Source: Sphagnum compactum
Taxonomy: Eukaryota
Direction: 5' to 3'
Length of the DNA: 64,000 nucleotides
NCBI GenBank assembly: GCA_965153455.1
Contig: OZ234493.1
Span: forward strand, 25,906,213 to 25,970,212
A program made the translations under genes and the position numbers. The notes under the pieces are model-generated. The model saw only the letters and a list, made by a program, of their open reading frames with translations, was not told the origin of the DNA and did no database searches. Of the stretch, positions 51,686 through 64,000 are shown in pieces (within the stretch, counting starts at the first letter, position 1; each line of letters begins with the position of its first letter).

Positions 51686-54132
51686 TATTGTTTGTTGATG
51701 CCCCTAAACAAATGAAAAAGATTGTCATTGTTCATATTACTAGTTTTTATGATTCATTCAAAACCAATTCTTCCCTATTATGTATTTCTTCTTCCATGTC
51801 CCTTAGTCCATATTTGGGAAATTTCTTTTTGATATGAAATTGAAGATAGAACATTTGATTCAAACTAAGGTTATGAAAAGTGTGTTACCCAACTTGAAAA
51901 TGCTAATTTAGTAGATTCTCAAGACTAGCGAACTAAAATGTTAAAACAAATGTTGGATTTTCATCCATGGGATGAAAATAATCAAACTTGATCTAAATTT
52001 AGACACATCCATCAACTAGGCTATTAACTCGTGGGTGGAAAAATTAATTTGGAGCCCAATAGCATTAGTGGACACATACGGACACAACACGTGGCTACTT
52101 TCTTATGTGAAAAAAAGAATGCATTGCATAGTCATCTTTTGGAGTGCATTCATTTTTTCCATCTTCAAAGGTCTCCGGAAAAAAATTGACATGCCCCATG
52201 TTTCGCAACCTTGCTTCCCACTTGTAATTTATTCCTTTATTTAAAGAGTTATTTTCTTTGACTTGGAAAAGAGAAACAAATCCTCTAATTTTGGATTGCT
52301 TTGAAACGCGAGTATGAAGATTTCTCAAGCCTAGTGAGAGTTATTGTAAAACTTGTGTGTAATTTGCTTGAGGTTGTTCACGGTACTAAATTGGTTAAAT
52401 ATTTTCAAATCACGAATGTAGGAACTTGTCAATTGGAAGAGCATCTCAACCATTGCATAAGGAAAACATGATTTCCATTTCTGGTCAAGAGGTTGAAGGT
52501 AAACTTGTTTGAATGAGTGAAGCAATATTATTGACATAATGCAATTTTCTATAAGTTGGTTTTGTTCCAAATCGTTTAGAGGCTTTTTCGTTTTCTGGTG
52601 GAAAGTGGGGGGCGTTCCTGAAAATTTCTGGTTCGCCACAATCTCGAATATGAATCTGCAAAGTGTGGTGCAAACAAAGTGGCAAATTTTCAACAGAAAA
52701 AAACCCATGAATTTCAGAGGTTTGCGGCGCTCCGGCGGTTTGGACTCATCATCTGGAAAACACGCAACTGGTGCAATGGATACAACTCTGCAAACACCTA
52801 CCAACGCCACCAACGCCGCGTGCGCTGAGAGAGAGAGAGAGAGAGAGAGAGAAGACCCGACTGAACGCCGGGTTTTGTAACAACTGTCGTCGGTAAGTGT
52901 CCTGTACCTTCTGAATCCCGTGGGTCTGACATGCCGAGTCAGCTGCTGCCACCCTTTTACACAGTCCCCGTAAGAACTCTGCAATACCATTTAAAAAGAA
53001 CATGTTCTAGAACACTGGGAACGTGACAACCGACATTTGTGTCCTTTGTGTTTCTTCGTGACCTCGCTATTAGAGAGAACAAGTTTCTTAGAAAGAAGTG
53101 TCTAAAAAATTTGTTCCTTGAGTCAAAACTGCACCAAATACAAAATGTCAAATTCCCACAATTCCTCACCTGTCCGGCCTATCCGGTCATCACAAGCTAA
53201 CACACATATACCAAAAATTTTGACTAAAATTCTTGCTATGTGCTTCTCGCGACTTGAGGGGGGACGGTGTAGGGGTTTGGGTACTTGATTTGTTCCCATT
53301 CCCTTGCAATTCGCCCTCTCTGGAGGTTTCTTTGTTTTGCAAGGACTTGGGTCCTTCCATTTTGTACCTTTTTTTTCCCCTTTTGTTGTGAGGTGCTTTG
53401 TTTTATTGATGATTGGCAGGTTTTCACCACACTCTTTAGTTCTACAGTAGCCTAGGGTCAATTTTCACATTGACAAAACAAATAATTCTTTTTTTAAAAA
53501 ATTAATTTGTTTTAAAATTTTGAAATTATTGAATTTTTCATTCTCTACTACGATATTGTCCCATGAGTAGTGAAATTATTCAGAGTGTAGCCTACGATAA
53601 TTTTCAACATGTCAACTTCATATTTTCACAAAAATTCATTTCACTATTTTGAGGATTATTTTTAATGATGAAACTAACCTTAGGGTAAAGTGTATGAACA
53701 CCCACCATCATACATGGACTTCAAATGTGAAGTTCAGTTTTATTAAGGGCAAAAAAAACAAGAACTCTCACCTCTTGCTTTCTCTTGGTCCCAATGCCTG
53801 CAAATTTGAGTTTGAAGATTTGCTTACCAACAAACCCAGTTAAACCAAATCATGAATGTCCGTCCTACCTTGGCAGCTAAATTGACGCAAATTATATTTG
53901 AGATCCAGGCTGTTTCGCACTACCAGTGACAATGAATAAATTATTTGGCATGGACATAATCATTTTGTTGTAATCAAATTTTTTTTTAAGATAAAATTTT
54001 ATAAATTTCACTATATGTCATTTTGTTTCATTATTATTTTTTTACATTCTTGATTTGCTAAGCCAAAGGTCAACTAAAGTCTGATTCATTAAAAAAATTC
54101 ACAATAAAATACAAACAGACCCCCAAAAAAAG

Positions 54133-54316
54133 CATTGAAAAAGTGTAAAACAAATAACAAGATACAAACAAACAAAAACATTGAAAAGATGTAAAACAAA
54201 TAACAAAATACAAACAAACAAAAACATTGAAAAGGTGTAAAACAAATAACAAGATACAAACAAACAAAAACATTGAAAGGGTGCAAGACAAATAACAGGA
54301 TACAAACAAACAAACC
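54133..54316. repeat. 46-bp minisatellite, 4 copies
   Basis: CATTGAAAAGGTGTAAAACAAATAACAAGATACAAACAAACAAAAA-like units starting at 54133, 54179, 54225, 54271. Confidence 0.9.
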
Positions 54317-54342
54317 AAAAAAAATTCTAAAATAAAATTTGA

Positions 54343-55203
54343 TCTATGACAAATTACATATAGTAAAGGAAGAATGAAGCTCCCCCTGAATCCGTCCGTC
54401 CTGTCATTCGTCCTGTTATCCATTCGTCTGTCTCGTCATCCATGGCATCATACAGGGAAGAAAACCTTGGCAGAAATAAATAACCCCCCCCCTGGCGCAT
54501 GTGTCGCTGTCTAGGAAAGGCATGCCCGGCCCCAGGGGTCTGATATCAATATCAGACCAAAAGGATCAAATACACCTTGACGTGCACCTAGAAAACCTGA
54601 AAATTGCAATTCCAATTCAGGCAAGTAGTTTCATTTTCTCTCCCTCTTGAGTTCCCTCTTTAATTATTTTTGTTTTTGTTTTCTTGCAATCAAGTTTGGT
54701 GGCCTATCTTTCATTTGACAAAGAATCTTATTTAGGTGGAGCTGAGGGGCCATTATTTGTTTTTGAGAAAGCTCACACCGAGGGTAAATTATCCTCGGTC
54801 AAGCAAAGCACAAGCAAATTTCACAAGAATTTTTTTAAATAATTAAAAAATAGAGATGGATAGTTTTAAAAATTGAAATGCCCTAACATTTGTAAAGAAC
54901 AGATTCCGCTTCATAATGTGCCCTCCAAATACACTAAAACAATTTTGCCAAGTGCATTACAAATTTGAGGCCATTTATTATTGGCTAAAGTGAACCAACA
55001 GCCAACAGCACACACCACAAAGGTGGGATGGATGACGGTCACAAGCAGTGCAAACATCAAGATTTTCAACGGACAGGGTCCCAATGAATACATGCGGAAT
55101 GTGGTATATAGAGAGGTTTTGGAAATGTAATTTGTAGTTGTAATTTTGTAATATGTACCGTCAAATACACACACCTGTGCATTAGGCACCGGGTTCAAAC
55201 TAG
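54343..55203 (+). mobile_element. Non-autonomous Helitron-like element upstream of the IST1-like gene
   Basis: 3' hairpin CCTGTGC-ATTAG-GCACCGG followed by CTAG (55200-55203) then T. Candidate A|TC 5' end at 54343 (uncertain). Confidence 0.6.
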
Positions 55204-56037
55204 TTATAATTTAAAATGACTCTGAAATTATCATAGTGATTATCACCAAAATACCCATCCTAAATAAACCAATTTTGATGAAACATCGTCACTGGAATTA
55301 TTTTGTTGAAATGATGAAATTTTCATATTAAAAAATTAGTTATTTTCAAAGAACAGAATTTTGTGAAGGGAGATGAAGAAGTTTTTGAAATGACCATGAA
55401 TTATTTTTCTTAACATGGAAGCCTTAAAATTAATTAATTATTTGATAGACATGTGTTCAAGCTGTCCCCCTTGTACTATGGTACCTGAACAAAAAAACTA
55501 GCCCTCCTCTCCAACAAACCCTACCCCCCCCCCCCCCCCCAAAACCACACAAAAAATAAATAAAAATAAAAACCAAACAAAACAAAACCTTGTTTAACTG
55601 TGGGTAGGTATTCCTTTAACTGTCTTGCAAAGTTGTAGGGAACATTTGAAACCTTGTTCCCCACTTCTAAAACGACGTTGTTTTCTGGTCAATCTGTCAC
55701 CCTTTTAGTGTGGTACAAAGAGGTGGACGCACGCAACTTGCTTCGTTCGAGCTTTGCTTGGACGCTCTGCCGTCGAGACACACTCTCGTGATTTCTGGAG
55801 ATCCTTGCTCTGCACATCCGTATCATTTCTTTCGTCGCCGTTGCTGAAATAAATAAATAAATAAATAAGCGCCGGAAGCGAGGAAGAGCTGCGGTTTCCC
55901 TGATATAGATTTTAACTTTTCTTTGTGAAACTTTTTTGTATAATTTGTTTTTTTTGCGGGCGAGGAGAGACAAACGAAGAGACGGTAGAAAGTTTTGCGT
56001 GTGGAGAGCGCGGGGGAGAAGAAAACAAGCGGCCGAG

Positions 56038-59000
56038 ATGGTGTTCCGGACGAAGTTCAATGCTCCGAAACTGTTAGTATCTTCATCTATGTTTTGGTTC
56101 TGTTTTTTATTGGAAGCAATTTGCCTTTTGGAATCGTTATTGCCGCATTTCTTTTCAGATATTAAATTGCCATAGTTCGGGGGAGAGAGAGAGAGAGAGT
56201 ATGGGAATTTTGTTCGCATGAATTTGTAGCATCTCGTGTCTTCGTCGTTCTAATTATCCAGGTTTAGGTTCAGGCAGTGTTGTTGAGCTTGCAATTACAA
56301 GAAGATCGGGATCGCTTGCGATTCGCGAGTTGTGAATTGAGGGAAAAAAAATTCATTTGCGTAGATCTCGATCAGGCAGTGAGTGTATCGACCTCAGATA
56401 ATTGATTTGTTGAGGATTTTGGACTTTTGAGAGAGAAAGAAAGAAGGGGAAACAGATTGATGTTTGCAACAAGTCCATAAGCAAGCCTCTGAATTGCAAG
56501 ATTGCATGTCTTTTTCATCACCTAGTTGTTGTGTCAGTTGCTTCAGTTGAAAGAGAATATTATTTCTTTTTTCTTGTCATGGTCAGGGTTTCCATCATAG
56601 ACCACTTAGTGATGGAAACAAGAACAAACGGTGTGGTGGAAAAACCTGGTGAGTTTGGTATCTGTATAATTCTTAGTCTGTGAACTTGAATTCTTTGGAC
56701 ACTACAGTTATCTGCAAAGTGATGCCCAGTTCAGACTCCAATTTGACCCCTCATCACCAATCTGAACACTAGTTTGAGGTTATCGGGCAAAAATTGGGAC
56801 AAACTCATAAAAGACCAAATGACTTAATGTGACTGAGGAGGGTGTGCTGGCAGGCAGAGGAAGGTTGCATGCCTCAAGATTTGCCTTGGTCACAGCAGTC
56901 AGGACCAAACCAGTTTGAGCACCTTTGACTCAAACTAGTTTGATCCTGACTGTCATGCCCAAGGCAGGTAAATGTAGGAATTTAATGTTTGCCTAACTTT
57001 TCAACCCTAGTTGGACCCCTAATGAGCAGTTTCATCCCCTGTCCAGCACACTTTACTACGGACAACTCAATTGACTCTTCCCTGTTTCATCTCTTTCGGG
57101 GCAGCATGTAGCAGTGCCTAGAGGTATAATTGTGAATGGTGTAAATCAGAAAACCCCAAGTCCAGTTTCTGGCAATTTTCCATCTATTATTGACTTTGAA
57201 ATTTTGCTTGTTGTATAGTAAAACATCATTGCGAATGGCAATGTCCCGAATAAAGCTGTTGCAAAATAAGCGGGACAACCAACTGAAGGTTTTACGCAAG
57301 GAGGTTGCTCAGCTGTTGAGCAGTGGCCAGGATACCAGTGCGGCCATCAGAGTAATATTATGCCCTCAAGTCCCCTCAATGTCTTTTCCATTTCAGCTCT
57401 TTCATTCTTTCAGTCCTCTTTTGTGTTGCATCTGGAATTGTTGGTCCTCTATCCAACAGCACATTTGGTCAATTTCTCCATCTCCCATGAGACAGGCCTT
57501 TTGCCAATCTTTGGACTCATCTTTTGTACTCAATAAGAAACTTTTTAACATTTCTCTGTACCTATGGTCTACTGATGGTTCAATGAGCCTCAATTTATCA
57601 ATTTCTCCCTAACACAAGTAGTAAGGTTCCCCTGGTCCATATACCATACTGTAATCTGAAAAAGAATCAATTTAATTCACCTGGATGGAGCCTTTCATTT
57701 AGGCAAGCATACATGGTAAGCTGGATCCACAGTTGAGATCAACCAAACCATTGTTTTCAATCAGATATTCATGCTCATATCTGTAATTCTCAACCAGGAG
57801 TGTTCAAGAGAGGGAGTGTTCAATGGTAATCCCTCAATACCATTTGACATTCCTGTCAAACATCTTATCAATTTGGACTCATGTGCTATTAAATACCTGA
57901 TAACTAAGGGGGGTGCTGTTTTGATTGGACAGGTAGAGCATGTAATGAGGGAGCAAAATATAATTACATCTTATGAGTTTATTGAGTTGTATAGTGAGCT
58001 AGTGGTTGTCCGCCTTCCTATCATTGAAAAACAAAGGTATATGTTTCTATCCTTTACAGGTTTGAGATTTTCTTTCTTAAGAAATAGACATGTGCACATA
58101 TTAGAGAAATTTTCTTTCTCCATCATTCTTCTTTCTCAAGCTGTTGATCAAGGAGTACGTGTCTAACCAATATACTCAGAGTTGCCTGACTCTTGTTTTC
58201 ATTTGTGCTGTTCCCACATGTGTATTTTTCAGTGCTCCTTATTGTGAAGTTTATCATCTGACTTCTGTGGGAGCCATGAAAAGACACAAGAATCTGGGAA
58301 TCACTAGTAAAATCTTGCCTGATATCCAGTATCCTGACTGGGATGGTTGATGTATTAGCGAGTGCCCCCTGGATCTGAGAGAGGCAATTTCAAGTTTGAT
58401 ATATGCTGCCCCACGATGTGCTGATGTGGAGGAGCTCAGTCAAGTTCGTGCCATATTAGCTGCCAAATATGGGAAGGAATTTGTGGCAGCAGCTGCAGAA
58501 TTGCGACCTGACTGTGGGGTGAGCCGAAATGTAAGCACATTCACACCTTTTTAAGGCTGGATGGAATTTTAGCTCATGAATTTTCGCATTCTGTGAGGTA
58601 TGAATTAAGAATTGTAGATTTGTTGACAAGAAATTGTGCAACATAGATGTGTTAGATCCACAAAAAATTCACATCTGCATTGTGCAAGTCTTCTTGCGCT
58701 CCCATGGTAAAAACACCCAGCTATTTGAGGTTAAAGACCATTGATCATGGCATGAAACCATTCATCTTTTGCATGCCAGCTCTCATCCAGTATTGTTTGC
58801 TAAGACCCAGCAATTGGAAGATAAGTAACCAAGGGTATTGTTTCCCATGTAAAGCAATTTTCACTGGTATATCCTCACTTCCATCCCCAGGTGTCCATGA
58901 GTCTCATCTCAGCCATTCACATCCTGTATAATTTAGAAGAAAGAGGAACATGTAGGAAGTAATCATATGTAATCATATGTTCGTTGAGAATTGTCCAGCT

Positions 59001-62000
59001 ACTGACCATTGCTATGCACTGTTGCTTGCTTGGATTATATTTTCTTGTAGCTTATAGAGAAGCTTTCTGCTAGAGCACCATCAGGGAAGGCCAAAATAGG
59101 AGTGCTGAAGGAAATCGCAAAGGAACATAATGTGGACTGGGATTCTACATCTTTGGAAAATGCTCTCACTAAAGCTCCAGAAGATCTACTTGTAAGGCTC
59201 TTCCATTTTTAGAAGTGCTGAAAATTGTGATCACATTTGTCTGCAAATCTGTGTCCCAAAGTGGTGTTTCAGAGTTATTGATGTAAGCTGGTGCTAGAGA
59301 TTTCTGAGATATGAAGCAGATAGTATCTTGGTAGCTGGTCCACTGGTTAGTTGATTCTTGGCCTCTTAGAAAGTACATTTGAATATACAGGATGGATCAA
59401 GACAATTCCAGAGTTCAAATGATGTCCCAATTCTGAGGCGGCATAATGAGGACCTTCCATCCCTACCTGTGGAAACAATCAGCAAAGGGTCCCCAACCAA
59501 CATACAATCACCATCAAGCACCAATTGTCCTAGCACTGTAGCACAGGCCTCAGAGGTGAAACCATACATACATCAGGCAAGGACTCCACGACCCAGTACA
59601 GTTGCTCCTTCCCAACAGCAGTCAAGAACATTGGCCTCTCAAGCAATTCAGTCTCAGAATCAGAAGCCTGCAGGTGATGATTCCCATCAACATTCTTACT
59701 CTGGCCCTGGGAGCATGGGGACCAACTACAATAGAGGTCCCAATCAACCTGTTAAAGCTTCAAGAAACCAAGAGTTTCATGAAAGAACACAGATTCCACA
59801 AGATCCAAGGTCTGGCAAGGAGAACACAAGACAGGCATTTACAGTCATGCCACAACTTGGTGAAAGTTCTCTGCCCAGAGCAGAAGGAATGGACTTCAAG
59901 GATGTTAAAGAGGCTGCAGTGGCAGCTTCTGCTTCAGCTGACCGGGCAGTAGCTGCTGCTCAGGCTGCTGCCCAGCTTGCTACAAACAAGTATCACAGTT
60001 TAAAGTCAACTGCTGCCAATGAAAACTTCTCAAAAGTTGTCCAACGGCTTAGTGAGAAGCCTGTCGGTGATGATGACGTTGTTGATGATGATGACATGGT
60101 GAACAATGAGCCCAACAGTTCCGATGAAGATGTCAATAGAATATCTAATCGCAAAGGTGGAGAGCAGATGGATGGAAAGCAGCACATTAATCAGTTTTGG
60201 GACCACAAATCTTATGTGCATCCAATGTATGATGAGGAGGAGGAAGAAGAGGCCCTTCCCAGGAAACCAGTGAGTCATGGGAGCTTTGATGGAAAGACAT
60301 GGCTCACAAATGATCATGAAGAGTACCCAAGGAGGGAGTCTCATAGTCTTTCTGGATCCAAAAACAGCAATGCCAAACAGGCACCTCATGGGAGTGGAGG
60401 AGCCAAGACAAAGCTGAAGAACGATATGCCTCTACATAGTGAGGTTTATGATGCTGAGGACTATGATGAGGAAGAGGATGCTCATGGGAGGAGATTGGAA
60501 GCTGACTTTTATAAAGAGTCTACTCGCATTACAGAGCTCAGGGCTGGTGACCTTCATCAGTCAGATGGATATGAAGGCGACAGTAGTATGTCACATCTGC
60601 AAGGATCTAATTATGAGGTTGCTGAAAAGTCACCTTGGAGGAAAACAACTGGCAAGGCAGACTTTGAGGAAGAAGACTTGGGGAATTTTCCCCGCTCTTA
60701 CAAGAACAGTGACACAGAAGAGTGTCATGTGCATCGACCTGAGGACATTTTTTCTGAAGAGACAACTGCCAGTAGGGGGCCTGCCAAGACAATGTTGAAA
60801 GGCAATGACACCTGGAAGAGTGAGTCTCATACATTTTATGATTCATCTGGGTCAGATGATGATGATACTCACGAGGCACCTCATTGGCTGGCTCCTGGTA
60901 AGATGATTCCCAAGCCCCTTGGACAGTCTGTTTATGAGACTCAGGAGTCAGATGATAGAGATCATAGTTCCAAGGACCGGGACATTGCTTACATGGTGGA
61001 GACAAAAGAGGGCACTCCAGGCATGGGTGTCAGTGGTACCAGGAACACAATAGCTGAGCATTTGAGTGACAACTACAAGAGAGGTTCATTACATTGGTCT
61101 CACAGAGTTGATGAGTATCCTTTGTCACCCCAAGAGGAAGGCAGCTATCATAGGAGGATAAATAGTCCTCCACTTGAAGACAGTGAGAAGAATAAGCCTC
61201 TGAAGGCTTTTGCTGCACCTACTGTTCTTAATGAACCAAACAACAGGTCTTACCATGGCGAGATCACTTCTGAAAAGTCTCCAAGTGGATCACAGACAGG
61301 TAAGCTGAAGTGGCAGTCCAGGGATAGTAAACAGGGATCAGAATCTCATGTTTGTGACGTTGTGGCAAAGCCAGCGTTGCCTGGTGGAAGAGATCCAACC
61401 CAGTTAGATGATTACCCTTCATCAGACGATGACTTCTACATTCCGAAGTCCAAGATGACTACTACAGCTCTTCCACAGACCAAACCAGGGCATATCAATG
61501 ATGCTCATAATCTCAAGAAACCGGATAGGCATCTTGATGAGAATGATTCACAGAGTATAAAGCTCTTGGACAGTCAAAGATCAACCAGGCAGGTCCAATT
61601 GCCACTGAAGGTTGAGGAGTCAAAAGTTACACATCACTCATGGAAGGTTCCTTCACTTGATGTTAAACTGCCTGTGGAGCAACAGCAAAAATCCCTCAGC
61701 CCTTCTACTTCAGGTTTTGATTCTTCCCCTTTTTTGAGAAGTACTAGTTCTGGCTCACCAATTTCTGGAAAACCTTCGAAATTCATGAGCAGGTCTGGAT
61801 CCAATAATCCTTCAGCGAGCATTGAGGCTAGTGAAATGCCTGTGAAGGTTGATAATCAGTCAGATTCCACCATGGACAATACTCGTTTGAGTCCTGGGTC
61901 TTTATATAAGGGATCAACATCTAAAAAAAGTTTTAAAATGGATGGTGTGAAAACAAATTTAGTCGACTCCAAAGCTAATTCAGAGTCCTGGGGTCAGCAA

Positions 62001-62132
62001 AAAGTACCTGTTAAGGATCATCGGAAGACACAGTCTATTCCCACAGAGCAAGTTCCAAAGCCCCAGAAGTTCAAAATGATCCGACCTCCAGATATTGATG
62101 ACATTGAGGCAATGTTGGGAAGAAAGCTTTAG
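56038..62132 (+). CDS. IST1-like protein (Ist1 domain, regulator of VPS4 activity in the MVB/ESCRT-III pathway) with long disordered C-terminus, ~1108 aa, 6 coding exons
   Basis: Exons 56038-56072, 57219-57351, 57933-58036, 58359-58530, 59051-59191, 59391-62132 (3327 nt, all GT-AG, phases consistent). Ist1 domain motifs: KTSLRMAMSRIKLLQNKR, AAIRVEHVMREQN, ECPLDLREAISSLIYAAPRCADVEEL, KYGKEF, LIEKLSARAP, LKEIAKEHNVDWD. Also the plant ISTL-type DVKEAAVAASASADRAVAAAQAAAQLA helix and C-terminal PDIDDIEAML. Confidence 0.92.
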
Positions 62133-64000
62133 TCACTGGCTGTGAATACTAGGTTTCTTTAGCATCTGTGGCAATGATTATAGTTTATTAAGTCATGCAC
62201 CATTGGGTTTAACTCAGTGGTCTTAGGCTTTAAAGGTGTTGGGATTTCCAGTTCCATCTTCTGTTTGTTCTTGTAGTGTTTCGTGAGCCTAGGTGTCAGA
62301 GGAGCTACAACGTTTCTCTTACCTCAGCAAAAGTTTTGCATATGAGTCATAGATGATTGTTTAATCTACAGAATATGTGTGACTAAGTGAGGAAAATAAT
62401 ACTGTTATATTGACATTGTGCAGAATGCAACAATCAAAAACCAGAGTCTCATGATTCTAGCTCAAATGCTGTTTGTTGTATTCTTGTGATGGACTGACTG
62501 CTTTTAGTACTCAAGGTTGTGAGAAATACGATCAGTAGAGGTCTGTGAAAAGGGGCCACCACAACTCTGAGACTTTGGGGAGCACTTCAGATGGCCGAAT
62601 ACCTGTAAGTTGCGTGTTTAGCACAATATCACTTGTTGACATCACCTCCTTTGTTGTTTGTTGACAATGTAATAGAGTTAGCAGTTCACCCTCTCTTTGG
62701 GCCTCCTTTCACCCCCATCCCCGCTTTCAGTGATAACCGCAAACAAAAGACATTTTATTAAATCTCAGTACTAAACTCCGCATTTAAATGCACCAGGTTC
62801 CGGACTAATCATAGTAATTATAGTTAGGAGCAGTGAAAATATATGTAGCAGCAATGGAGGCGCTCAGGAAAAAGGAAAGACAGGATGAAACTCAGTTTAC
62901 CACCAAAATTGATGGTTTGCTGAGTTTATGTAGGGTAGCTCCCCAGGAGCAGGGTGTTCCAGAAATAAGCACTCGCTCCAAGCAGAGGCAAGGGGCACTT
63001 CCTTCAGGAATGCCCAGCTCCAAGGGATTATTTCCTTACATAAAGCATAGACACTTTGTTTTTTTTTGTATTTTCAAGTCATTCCTCAACTTGAATCTGT
63101 CACGTTTGACTTTCTTTCACTTATCTCAGACTTATTTGAGATTTATTTTTATTTTATTGAATTTTTTGAAATCTGAAAGGTTCAATAGGTCCTGTATCGA
63201 ACCTTTCGGATTTTAAAAGATCCAGTTTTATGATTACTCATTTCAAAAAACAAAAAAAAAAAAAAATACCACTGTTTTATGCAGGGGAAGGTCCCCTTAT
63301 GAGGGCCTTCCAAATTTTTGACCTCCCAAGGCCAATAATCTCAAATCCGGAAGGCCCCATAGGGGGACCTTCTCCCATACACGTTGGTTCCTTGAGCGAG
63401 GGAATTGGATGGGAGCAAGGAGTCCTGAAGTAGGGGAACCCACCTGACCCAAAACTTCTTCTATTTGCATAAAGATCAGGTAGAATTCCCCTGTACCCAA
63501 CTTCATCCTTCCAGATTTCTTTAAAGCTTTCTGGCACTTCATATTTGCAGCTGCATTATTTCTAGGTAGGCTAGCACTTCATGTCTTTTCGTTTGGTGTA
63601 TTTCTTGCTAGCTGTCTTGTTCACTTTAGAGCACAGATCAACAACACCCCCACCACCATTGACCTGATCATATCATGGGGTAGTGTACAGTTATGAGGGC
63701 CTTTCTACCTACCTACATTAAACAATCACAAGCAATAAATGAAATCTGAAACGTTGGGACTTCTGCCCAATAACTGCAAACCTCAAAACCTGTTCTAGAG
63801 CTAAGCAGGTTTCCTACCAGACCCACTGCATAGTATGTAACCAGTTTGGGTGTCCCATTCAGACACAGTCATCTGCTGGTTCCACTTTTGGTGGGGTCAG
63901 TTTCACTTGTAATGTGAATCCATGGTTGAGAACACATTGAGATGTGAATGAATGGTGGGGGAAACCCATTCCACTCTGCACAAGGAGACTTTGGTAAGAC

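Noticed and set aside
52331..52990. 219-aa minus-strand ORF
   Set aside because: Reads through a microsatellite (SLSLSL) and has no domain or coding-like composition.
54070..54423. Repetitive hydrophobic ORFs in three frames
   Set aside because: Produced by the 46-bp minisatellite.
55689..56219. 176-aa minus-strand ORF
   Set aside because: Antisense to the IST1-like 5' UTR and first exon; no recognisable domain.
62833..63542. Short ORFs downstream of the IST1-like gene
   Set aside because: No domains; the region shares a module with the repeat at 32149-32225, so it is probably TE-derived.

Overview
Eukaryotic nuclear DNA from a land plant; the repeat landscape and gene style suggest a bryophyte such as Sphagnum (inference). 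The window holds two intact, intron-containing genes in divergent orientation. One is a 12-exon FEI-like (LRR-XIII-type) leucine-rich-repeat receptor-like kinase on the minus strand (2986-8829, ~654 aa) with a GC-AG first intron and an atypical catalytic loop (HGDISSTN). The other is a 6-exon IST1-like ESCRT-III/VPS4 regulator on the plus strand (56038-62132, ~1108 aa) with a ~910-aa low-complexity tail. The ~45 kb between them is AT-rich and full of transposon remains. These include a full-length but decayed Ty1/copia element (42831-47878, TSD CGGAT) nested in a palindrome-rich non-autonomous TIR element with a perfect 8-bp TSD (41940-50072), a pogo/Tc5-like transposase relic, L1-type and CRE-type non-LTR fragments, a probable solo LTR, several MITEs and Helitron-like elements. 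I found no rRNA, tRNA or CRISPR array, and no clearly new multi-gene system. All family assignments come from motif recognition by eye; no database searches were run.
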